A DNA stretch of 64,000 nt from an uncultured Bacteroidales bacterium. Its GTDB lineage: Bacteria > Bacteroidota > Bacteroidia > Bacteroidales > B18-G4. The notes below the pieces were generated by a model, which was not told the DNA's origin, did no database searches, and saw only the letters and a list, made by a program, of their open reading frames with translations. The stretch is taken from the NCBI GenBank assembly GCA_964531985.1, contig CAZHFC010000009.1:15160-79159 (forward strand), given 5' to 3'. The translations under genes were made by a program, and so were the position numbers. Position 1 is the first letter of the stretch; each line of letters starts with the position of its first letter. Shown here one piece after another: positions 26,614 to 34,945 of the stretch.

Positions 26614-29600
26614 TTATTTGCGGATAATGATCCGGCTTGAATGGGTTCCCAGTTTGCTTTCCACGTTCATCAAATAAATACCCTCGGCTTCTCCTTCCAG
26701 GTTGATGGTCGTGCTGAAATTACCGTTCACTTCCACATCCTGTTTTTCAAAAATTACGTGACCGATGGCATTCATGATGCGCAGGTTCACCATGTCAACT
26801 ACTTCGGTGGCAATTTCAACGGTAAAGCTGCCTTTGTTTGGATTCGGGTAAACGGCAAGGCCCAGCGCACGGGCAAGTTCGTCGATACCGAATGAATTTT
26901 CGAGTGTGACCAGCAGCTGATCTGAGAAATTGCCTTCTCCGCAATCGTTGATGCCCCTTACCCGGATGGCTGCTTCGCCGGTAAAGGGATAAGCCCATGT
27001 TACGGTACATTCCGTCTCATCCGCTGTCATTTCGGTATAGGCACCGGCAGGTGTGATCTCCCAAAGGTATTGATCGGCATACATTGCCCCGTCGGTGCTG
27101 AACACCGAAACGGGTTCCTCATCCGTATTGACGATCGCCGGCCCGGCAGGAACGGCAGCAGTTTCGGGTACCGGCATAATGTCGACCTGGGCCGATCCGG
27201 TTCCTGCATTCAGGCAACCGCTGTCGTCCTGCACAGATGTTATGGTATAGGTCGTGCTGTTGGCAGGGGAAACATTGAATGTCCAGGGTGAGCTTTCAGC
27301 AGTGTATGCTTCATTGTTGATGACCAGCGACCAGGGAGCCAGACCGGTTAGATCAACACTGAGCGTGACTTCTTCTCCGGCACATATTATTGCCGCGCCT
27401 GAGATGGTTGCGGTGGGCGCCTCCATCACCTCCACGTGGAGGGTGTCGGAAACCGGCCCGATGCCCGTATTGTTCATTCCGCAAACGTTAACGGATGCCC
27501 ATCCGTTAAAGTCTGCTGACCATGAGATGGTGATGGCAGTATCGGTTCCGTTTACCGTACCGGCGTATTCTGGATAGATGGTCCAGTAATAGAAATCGGC
27601 ACCTTCAACGGAATTCGTGGTATAGGGAACTCCGCCGGCACCCTGGCAGACCAGGTCGTTGCCGTCAGGAATTGCCGGTGCCAGGGTAACTTTCCTGATG
27701 CCGAAGAATTCAAGGTATTCCTCCATCAGTTTCAGTTTGGTGGAGATTCCGCCCCCGTCTGCCAGCCCGCCGAATTCAAATGATGTACCGATGGTGCGGT
27801 AGTCACCTGCATTGTATGCAACTCCGGCATAGTAGGCCGGGTTTTGATTGGCAAAGATGTTGAATGCCGGCGCGATGGCATTGATCTGGTCCATATAGTT
27901 GTTATCACCGCCATAGCTGAATGTCATCCCTTCGGTAAATGTCCCTGATTGTCCCTGCAGGGTGCCCATGTCGCCGGATCCGTCTGCTACGGGGTTAATG
28001 TTGAACATGCTGTGTACGGCTGTGGGTGAATCATAATACCAGGTGTCGCCACCCTCCATATAGAGGTTGCCCCCGTTGTTGAGGTAGTCGGCCAGTAGCT
28101 GTCCCTGGCCGGCAGTGAGTACATGGTTGCGGCTGTATATGCCAAGGCAAACAAACACATTGGCATAAAGATCAAGCTGATCGGGCCAGGTACTGGTGTA
28201 GTCAACGCCTATGCCAAGGTTTTGAATGGCCGTAAACATATGCGGACCGGAGTTTTTGGGTACACCGTCGAGGTCGAGGATCAGGATGGGCATTTGCCCG
28301 ACGGTGAGGCTGAATGCGCCTTGTGCGGAAACCCCTCCGTTGGCCGACATATCAAAGGTGAAGTCGAGCTGGTAGCCTGCCGGGGTGATAATGTCGGTGG
28401 TAATGCTGAAGCCCTGCGATCCGTCAGTTCCGGCTGCCACATCCCCGTATGCCTGTGATGAAGTGTTTATGGTGAGGTACGGGTCGGCGCAAAGCAGGTC
28501 GCCAATTACCTCGTAGGCATCTGCCGTACCGGTATTCCCGAGTGATATGACAAGGTTGGCCGTTTCGCCGGGATCAAGCCTGCCATTGCCATTCCCTGCG
28601 GCATCATCGATGATCACATCAACAAAGCCCAGATTGGGGGCATGGCCCTTCAGGTAGAAGGAACTTTGCCAGATTTCAGTGCCATCGGTGGCTTCCACGC
28701 TGAAGACAACGGTGTGAAGGTCGGGAATGTCACCGGCAACGTCGAAGGCAAAGGCATCGTCAATTGATTTGTTCTGCCCGGCAGGGACGGTTCCGTAACT
28801 GGCCTGGGTCGTTGTCATGGTGATATAGGGATCGTCGGTATCGACGGTAACTTCCACGTTTTCTCCATCATCGCTGCCAACGTTCTTTACTTCAAGTGTG
28901 AGCAGGATGGATTCACCATAGTCCATCAGTCCGTTCCCGTTTCCGGCAGCGTCATTGATTATTACACTGTTCTGGACAATGTACGGACCGTCGGGCGGGA
29001 TCACCTGTACCTGTGCATGGTAACGGTAATAATTGGTTTTGGTTATCACCACATCGACCATGGTTGGCGGCATTTGGGGTGCGATGGAGATATTGACAGG
29101 GCTGCCCGTTGCAGTTCCGGTTCCGATGATCTCCCCGTCAACGCTCAGCGCAACAAAAGCCCCGTCGTTGGCGGTAATGGTAAACTGGTCCAGCCCGGCC
29201 AGGATTACATTGTCGTGGACTACGGTCAGGTCGGCAGGCACTTCCGAATACAGGGTGCTGAAAGCACAGCCGTGGTGGTGAAAGAGGAAATAAGTCACTT
29301 CTTTGTTGGACGTGTTGTAAGGCCAGCTCGACTGCTGCAGGAAGTATTTCCCTGCCGAATTCCCGAAGGCCGGCAAGAGGCCGCGCGGCATGGGTTCGGT
29401 CTGGTAGTCGGGCATAAAATCAGGCCACATATTGTCGAATAACCCCCATACATAGGTGTCGTTCACAAAGGAATATGATACTTCCGAAGCGGCGATGACC
29501 CCCAGTGCCCCGGCATTCTGGCCATTATAGGTATGCCTGTGGAATTTTTCCGTAAAGCATTCGCCCGACCAGTTGAATTTTCCGGTGAGGCAGTTGATGG

Positions 29601-31152
29601 AAAAGATAAAACAAAGATCCTCATTGGTGAGGCTGTTGATGTTGTTGTTCGAATAGTCGGGTTCACCCCATCCGGTTTCACCGCCATGGTCGCGGTGTTG
29701 AAGCATGAAAGCCCCGTCGTTGATGGCATTGGTTACCATGCTGGAGTTACCGCCGGTCCAGCCGCCCAGTTCTGCAGGAGTTTCGGGGATATATCCCTGG
29801 CCTGCGGGTCCGAAATAGTTAACAACAGTGGTAGTGTTTGTTGCGGTTGACCATACCGATCCCGGGGTTCCTGAATAAATGGCGTTGATGCGTACGGGGT
29901 CTTTCCCGTGCACATGCTTGAAATAGCCACCCACGGTTTCGGAACAAATCTGGAACCACCTTTCGGTTTGCCAGCCCAGGGCCGTGATCGGGTGATTGTA
30001 AAAATCGGGATTGGTGGGGGGATCTGTTTCGTGGTTGATCACCTTCGTGATCATGGTTTCAAGATGTGTTTCGTTCTGGGCCGTCATCCTGGCAAAGACT
30101 ATATCAGGCATGGAATTGCCACTGACGTCGGCATAGATGTTGTCAGAAACGCAATAGCTGTCCCAGATCGGCGAAACCACCGTATTCCCGCTGGTCCCAT
30201 GATCGCCGAGCAGCAGCACGGCAACAGGGGGAACGCTCCAGTTGGCAAAAGCGTCGTCAATGAAACTTTCGATGGCTGCGGTGGTGTTGCCGCCCAGTTC
30301 GGTTGTGGTGATCACACCTGTATGTATTCCTTGCTGGTTGCGGAAAAGCGCAAGCTCTTCGGCCCAGGAAATAAATGTTGCATCGTCGGGGCAGATGATC
30401 ACATATTCATAATCGGGTGTGCCCGATTCGGGTGCGTGTTTCGGATAGTTCACTTTGGGGAGGCTTGCAAAGTTGATCATCCTGTCGCTAAGGATGGGGT
30501 CAAACCAGCGGCTGCGAAGCCGGTCCTCACCGAAAGTCCCGTTCCCGCCTTCGAAGGCGACTTCGATAACCAGGTCGCGGTAAACGATCAGTTCTTTGGT
30601 AACGGGATTATACTGGAAGGGCGTAATCCCCAGGATCACGCTTTCCATCCCGCGAATGTTGGTTGGTTCCGACAGGCTGACGGGTTCTGCGGGGTAAAAG
30701 GCGTCGCGTGCATATATTTTTTGGTTTTTGGCGTAATGAAGGGGGCCGTCGTCGGTCACTTTCGGTATCCTCGGTGCAGGGGCGATGTTTACATCCTGGT
30801 AAATTTCTTTCCGCATGGCCGTAATAGTATAAGTAACGGAAGCCCCGTTGGGGATGGCAATAAAACGGCCGTCGCCGGGAAGGTTGGGTGCCCCTTCATT
30901 GTTGGGCAGAAAGTTGCCCGGCATATGAATCTCCTTCATGGCCTCGCCCCTGAGATCAAAATCGGTCAGGGCAAACTCATCAAGTGAAAAAATAAGTTCA
31001 AGGCCGTTGGTCGACGACCGGGTAAGGTTAAATCCCCTGTTTGCCCATGCATCGTCAAATGCAAATTTCTGGGCATGGATGCCATTCATGGCCAGAACAA
31101 GCATCAGTGCTGTGCAAAATGCCATCAGGCGATGTTGTAAACTTGTTTTCAT
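26614..31152 (-). CDS. C25-like cysteine peptidase, subfamily B, T9SS cargo (1512 aa)
   Basis: Signal peptide and a propeptide-like N-terminus (GFNLTRSS..LELIFSLDEF...EGAPNLPGDGRFIAIP). Candidate His489 in QHRDHG (29686..29688) and Cys521 in SINCLTGKFNW (29590..29592). CARDB-like doublet (28297..28989), module F (27700..28293), module E x2 (27421..27684, 26896..27171) flanking an Ig-like domain. CTD: VYPNPNKGSFTV...GIYLMNV...RIIIRK. Confidence 0.85.
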   Translation of the reverse strand: MKTSLQHRLMAFCTALMLVLAMNGIHAQKFAFDDAWANRGFNLTRSSTNGLELIFSLDEFALTDFDLRGEAMKEIHMPGNFLPNNEGAPNLPGDGRFIAIPNGASVTYTITAMRKEIYQDVNIAPAPRIPKVTDDGPLHYAKNQKIYARDAFYPAEPVSLSEPTNIRGMESVILGITPFQYNPVTKELIVYRDLVIEVAFEGGNGTFGEDRLRSRWFDPILSDRMINFASLPKVNYPKHAPESGTPDYEYVIICPDDATFISWAEELALFRNQQGIHTGVITTTELGGNTTAAIESFIDDAFANWSVPPVAVLLLGDHGTSGNTVVSPIWDSYCVSDNIYADVSGNSMPDIVFARMTAQNETHLETMITKVINHETDPPTNPDFYNHPITALGWQTERWFQICSETVGGYFKHVHGKDPVRINAIYSGTPGSVWSTATNTTTVVNYFGPAGQGYIPETPAELGGWTGGNSSMVTNAINDGAFMLQHRDHGGETGWGEPDYSNNNINSLTNEDLCFIFSINCLTGKFNWSGECFTEKFHRHTYNGQNAGALGVIAASEVSYSFVNDTYVWGLFDNMWPDFMPDYQTEPMPRGLLPAFGNSAGKYFLQQSSWPYNTSNKEVTYFLFHHHGCAFSTLYSEVPADLTVVHDNVILAGLDQFTITANDGAFVALSVDGEIIGTGTATGSPVNISIAPQMPPTMVDVVITKTNYYRYHAQVQVIPPDGPYIVQNSVIINDAAGNGNGLMDYGESILLTLEVKNVGSDDGENVEVTVDTDDPYITMTTTQASYGTVPAGQNKSIDDAFAFDVAGDIPDLHTVVFSVEATDGTEIWQSSFYLKGHAPNLGFVDVIIDDAAGNGNGRLDPGETANLVISLGNTGTADAYEVIGDLLCADPYLTINTSSQAYGDVAAGTDGSQGFSITTDIITPAGYQLDFTFDMSANGGVSAQGAFSLTVGQMPILILDLDGVPKNSGPHMFTAIQNLGIGVDYTSTWPDQLDLYANVFVCLGIYSRNHVLTAGQGQLLADYLNNGGNLYMEGGDTWYYDSPTAVHSMFNINPVADGSGDMGTLQGQSGTFTEGMTFSYGGDNNYMDQINAIAPAFNIFANQNPAYYAGVAYNAGDYRTIGTSFEFGGLADGGGISTKLKLMEEYLEFFGIRKVTLAPAIPDGNDLVCQGAGGVPYTTNSVEGADFYYWTIYPEYAGTVNGTDTAITISWSADFNGWASVNVCGMNNTGIGPVSDTLHVEVMEAPTATISGAAIICAGEEVTLSVDLTGLAPWSLVINNEAYTAESSPWTFNVSPANSTTYTITSVQDDSGCLNAGTGSAQVDIMPVPETAAVPAGPAIVNTDEEPVSVFSTDGAMYADQYLWEITPAGAYTEMTADETECTVTWAYPFTGEAAIRVRGINDCGEGNFSDQLLVTLENSFGIDELARALGLAVYPNPNKGSFTVEIATEVVDMVNLRIMNAIGHVIFEKQDVEVNGNFSTTINLEGEAEGIYLMNVESKLGTHSSRIIIRK

Positions 31153-31204
31153 GTTCTTGTGGTTTTATGTTTCTCTTTTAAATAGGCTTATGTATTAAGC
31201 ATAA

Positions 31205-31212
31205 CAAATATA
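31205..31212 (-). promoter_or_regulatory. Candidate -7 box TATATTTG for C25-B gene 26614..31152
   Basis: ~52 nt upstream of the ATG at 31152. Confidence 0.5.
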
Positions 31213-31260
31213 TACTTTTTCATAAATGATATGAAAAATATTTCACACTGTTTGCGTTGA

Positions 31261-34200
31261 TCAGTAGATCACGAGCTTACTGCTTGCCTGTCCGGAACCG
31301 CTGATGATCCGGCACAGGTAAACCCCCGGGCTCAGGCCCGCAACATCAATCCTGATAGCATGCCTGCCGCGCGGGAATGTATTATCATATGAATTTGTCA
31401 TAAGCGCCCGGCCCTTCAGATCCAGGATTTCGATGTTTATACGCGAAGCCTCACCAAGGGAAAATTCAATATAGGTCGCTTCCGTGGCAGGGTTTGGCCT
31501 GATCATCAATTCAGGGCCGTTTGATTTTTCATTGTCATAAACACCTGTTGAAATGTCGATAGGCGGGAATACGATGTAGTCAACCCATGCGCAGTCTTCT
31601 CCACTCGAAAGATAACTGTCTTTTTCATATTTCCAGCTAAAGGTTTGAAGTCCCTGCGATACCGGGAAGCTGACCATCTCCCAGTCAAGTTCTCCTGACC
31701 ATTCTCCCACCAGGCTGTTGTCAATATAGAACCGCAGGAAATCCCATTCTGTTTCGGACGAAAGTTTCCTGTAGAAAGAAAGGTCGCCGGCAGCCAGTAC
31801 TTCAGCCGTGAGATAGAATTCCGACGATTGGTTATCGCCGATTTCACCTGAACGTACACAATAAATGCCTTCATAGGGCTCCACGGTACAGATCGTCCAG
31901 GGTGCATTGCCTGAAAATTGCCAGTTAAAGGTGCCGAAACCGCCACTTTCCCAGTCTTCCACCATCATTCCCACAGTTGTGGTATATTCTTCCGTATCAG
32001 TGTAAACGCCTGATTCCACGTTGAAGTCAAAAACGACCGTGGTTCCGTACGGGGTGTTTTCGTCCACACTGAGCTCAAATTCTGCAAAGGCATTGACCCA
32101 CGGAATGAGTGTATTGAGCGCATAAGAAGTGTTGACCAGGTTTATCCAGCTATTGCCGGTGTTCAGGTTTGCCACCGTGCCGGGAGCATCGCTGTGTCCT
32201 GTATTCATTACGGCGATCCGCAGTATGGCCGTTTCGCCGGGGTCAAGGAAGCCGTCGCCGTTGCCATTGGCAATATCATCAATGGTCATCAGGCCGGCAT
32301 CCAGCACGGGCGCGTTCAGGATAATACTGAAAGCGCCGTTCCAGTTTTCCTTCCCTTCTCCAGAGATACTCAGGCTGAAATCAACTACGTGCTGGTCGGG
32401 AACATAATCGGCCACATCAAAGGCATAATCGTTGGTGGTTCCGGCAAGCGTTCCCGCTGCCACGGTCCCGTAGATGCCAAAGTCATCGGTTATGGTAATA
32501 TACTGATCGCTGCTGCTCAGTTGGGCTGTCACATTGGTGGCATCGGCCGTGCCGGCATTGGCCAGCAGGACGGTCATCAGGATGGATTCCCCGTAATCGG
32601 CCAGGTTGTTGGCATTCCCGCCGGCCGTGTCGTCAAGGATATGGTCATGATAGATCATGAATGCGCCGGCGGCCGGACTTACAACGATGTTATAGGATGT
32701 GGTAAGGCAGTTATAACCGCTGATTGTCAGTTTGGCGGTACCAACGGTGCTGATGGGCGGATCGATGATGATGGTGGCTTCGCCATTGGCATCGGTAATA
32801 CCGGTGCCGTGCAGGATCCCGTCTTTGGTGAGGGCGCACATCATCCCTTCTACCGGTGTTCCTGAACTGTATACCGTAACATCCATGGTCCCGGCCCCGA
32901 CCATGATAGGAGCCTGGAAAACGGCATTAACCGCAAAGGGCTCATCCGTCCATACCTGTAGCACAGGGTCTCCCAGTATGTTGATGTCGTAAAAATTCCA
33001 CCTGAGCGCTCCTTCTTCATGCTGCCCGGGGGCCGTTACCCAGGGTGCGGTCTGTATTTTGCATTCAACAAAGGCGGCGCCGATACGGCCAATCTCCTCT
33101 TCATACATGGCATCCACCATTTCACGGTGCAAATGCGCAGCAGGCCCTTCTGTCTGTCCTTCATTGAACCATCCATACCTTGAATTCCCGATCACCGCGA
33201 CAGCGAAATTATCGATGAACAACATATGCTCCATGATGCAGTCGGAATAATCAAATGCCCCGCAAATACACCCATGGCTGTGGACAAAAGTGTAATTGTG
33301 CGTTACGCCGTTTACCTGCGAAAAGTTGGCATTCGTAATGTCGCCGATGTTCAGGTGCATTACCGTATAGGCATTGGCGTGACCGCAATGGTGTATAAAG
33401 GATTTTCCATTGTTGATCTCGGCTATGATGCTGCTTCCTCCCCAGCTTTGATAACGCTCATAAAGGGTGTCGATATCATGTTCGGGAGGTATCCCGATGG
33501 TTGTGTAGCCATTGTCGTCGCGGTAACCAACCAGCAGCCGGAGGTAATCGGAACCCCATGTGAGCGGGTTGTTCCAGAGGTGTTCACCGGCGAGCAAAGG
33601 ATTGGTAAATTCACCTAAAACAGGGCTGTTTTGGTATGCAATGGTCTTGTTGAGCATGGCATTTAATTCGGTAGTATTGGAAAAGGTATACCGCCCGATG
33701 GCCACTTCGGGAAAGAGGTCGTCTTCGCCAATCTCGCCCCAGAGGTTATTGCCATTGTCGTTCCAGGTTCCGTCAAGTGCCGAATAGTAAAGGTCGGCCG
33801 GGATATTGTTGTCCGAATAGCCCGCCCCTGATTGCACGTAGCAGTAAAAACCCCGGTAGGGGACATGTTCCACATCCCCTCCCAGGAGAACATATTCGAT
33901 ATTGTTGTTCTGGTACTCCTGAATGATATAGTTCCTGATCTTTTCCTGCAGGTCCTGTCCGCTCATGAGGGTGCTGATATCTTCCGTGCTGGCAATTTCT
34001 GAACGGATGCCGCGATCAAGGTATAAGGCACAAAGGTTTTCAAAATTCCCTTCAAAAGCCTGGGGCGTGATGATCAGCAATTGATAATCATCATTGCGTG
34101 TTTTTCGCACAGGATATCGGCCGGTCATCTCTGGATTATCGACAAAACTTTCCAGTTTTTGCCGCAGTGCGGGCGCTCCCCCGATCATCGAAAGGGCATT

Positions 34201-34728
34201 TTCTGAATCCTCCCCCGGGCCGGTGATGAGGCTTACAGTGATCTCCCTGTAAAATGCGAGCCTGCCTTTTGCCGGTTCATAAACCAGCGGACAAATATGC
34301 AGCAGGGCAATGCCGTGCCCGTTCATATATTGTGTGCTGATGCTGCCGGAGGCCTCTGCCGGGTAAGGCCCGGAACTTTCGTAAACTGCTTCGTTTATGA
34401 TGAAATTTCCTGAAACACCATGGGAGAGCGGACGCGATGCCTGTTGTGGATAAATGCTGTACTGACCGGGAATTTCTGTTTTTCCCTTGAGTGATATGGT
34501 ATAGGACAATGCCTCTTCGCCAGGCGGCAGCAGTAGTTTTACGGCATACCACGGCATCGAGGGATCACCGGCAGGCCCTGTGTTCATGCAGCCTTCAAAG
34601 CGGATAAGCTGAAATTCGCCGGCTTCTTCAATGCTGTAATGATCAAAGGTATATATTTTGGTCACCTCACTGGCATAAACCGTGGATATGACCAGAAACG
34701 TCAATAAAATAGTTAGTAGCTTTTTCAT
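31261..34728 (-). CDS. C25-like cysteine peptidase, subfamily A2, T9SS cargo
   Basis: Signal peptide. LLGGDVEHVPYRGFY...IPADLYYSALDGTWNDNGN...IGRYTF. Candidate His450 in HHCGHAN (33379..33381) and Cys487 in HSHGCICG (33268..33270). CARDB-like doublet (31975..32673), module C (31561..31971). CTD: IRPNPATEATYI...GVYLCRI...KLVIY. Confidence 0.8.
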   Translation of the reverse strand: MKKLLTILLTFLVISTVYASEVTKIYTFDHYSIEEAGEFQLIRFEGCMNTGPAGDPSMPWYAVKLLLPPGEEALSYTISLKGKTEIPGQYSIYPQQASRPLSHGVSGNFIINEAVYESSGPYPAEASGSISTQYMNGHGIALLHICPLVYEPAKGRLAFYREITVSLITGPGEDSENALSMIGGAPALRQKLESFVDNPEMTGRYPVRKTRNDDYQLLIITPQAFEGNFENLCALYLDRGIRSEIASTEDISTLMSGQDLQEKIRNYIIQEYQNNNIEYVLLGGDVEHVPYRGFYCYVQSGAGYSDNNIPADLYYSALDGTWNDNGNNLWGEIGEDDLFPEVAIGRYTFSNTTELNAMLNKTIAYQNSPVLGEFTNPLLAGEHLWNNPLTWGSDYLRLLVGYRDDNGYTTIGIPPEHDIDTLYERYQSWGGSSIIAEINNGKSFIHHCGHANAYTVMHLNIGDITNANFSQVNGVTHNYTFVHSHGCICGAFDYSDCIMEHMLFIDNFAVAVIGNSRYGWFNEGQTEGPAAHLHREMVDAMYEEEIGRIGAAFVECKIQTAPWVTAPGQHEEGALRWNFYDINILGDPVLQVWTDEPFAVNAVFQAPIMVGAGTMDVTVYSSGTPVEGMMCALTKDGILHGTGITDANGEATIIIDPPISTVGTAKLTISGYNCLTTSYNIVVSPAAGAFMIYHDHILDDTAGGNANNLADYGESILMTVLLANAGTADATNVTAQLSSSDQYITITDDFGIYGTVAAGTLAGTTNDYAFDVADYVPDQHVVDFSLSISGEGKENWNGAFSIILNAPVLDAGLMTIDDIANGNGDGFLDPGETAILRIAVMNTGHSDAPGTVANLNTGNSWINLVNTSYALNTLIPWVNAFAEFELSVDENTPYGTTVVFDFNVESGVYTDTEEYTTTVGMMVEDWESGGFGTFNWQFSGNAPWTICTVEPYEGIYCVRSGEIGDNQSSEFYLTAEVLAAGDLSFYRKLSSETEWDFLRFYIDNSLVGEWSGELDWEMVSFPVSQGLQTFSWKYEKDSYLSSGEDCAWVDYIVFPPIDISTGVYDNEKSNGPELMIRPNPATEATYIEFSLGEASRINIEILDLKGRALMTNSYDNTFPRGRHAIRIDVAGLSPGVYLCRIISGSGQASSKLVIY

Positions 34729-34945
34729 TTTGATCTGGTTTGTTGCCTGATTGTGGATGCAGCCATCCTTTACCAGGGTGTTGTTACTTTATTAGCCCGG
34801 TATGGGATTCGTTTTAGGATAAAGACAGGCGGACTGTCGAAATGGTTGCCGGTTTGTTTGTTTGAACTGCATATAAACAAACCACCCGGCTGGTTGCGTC
34901 ACCTGCTTCCAGCCGAAGTGGATTATCCTTTATTGTTATTCTTCA

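Noticed and set aside
27700-28293. Module F as an active Cys-dependent glutamine-amidotransferase/DJ-1-type enzyme.
   Set aside because: Only a C-L-G elbow-like motif supports this. One of the four copies has Thr in place of the Cys, and I could not identify a conserved His/Glu partner by eye. I keep it as a fold-level hypothesis only.
29908-30987. 359-aa plus-strand ORF inside C25-B gene 26614..31152. Similar long antisense ORFs occur at 14975..15901, 19733..20140, 23568..24014, 32194..32865, 40644..41258, 44600..45067 and 47018..47647.
   Set aside because: All lie antisense to large genes with clear motifs. Their translations are Gly/Arg/Val/His-rich and carry no recognisable domains. They recur at homologous positions of the paralogues, as expected for codon-bias shadows (the antisense of the GNGNG-DPGET motif, for example, gives SPGSR..PFPLP).
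26614-31152. Subfamily B C25-like proteins as PorU (the T9SS C-terminal signal peptidase, which is itself C25-like).
   Set aside because: There are three close paralogues, each with a propeptide-like N-terminus, long accessory modules and a standard cargo CTD. That looks like cargo rather than a single-copy machinery component. I cannot exclude relatedness without a phylogeny.
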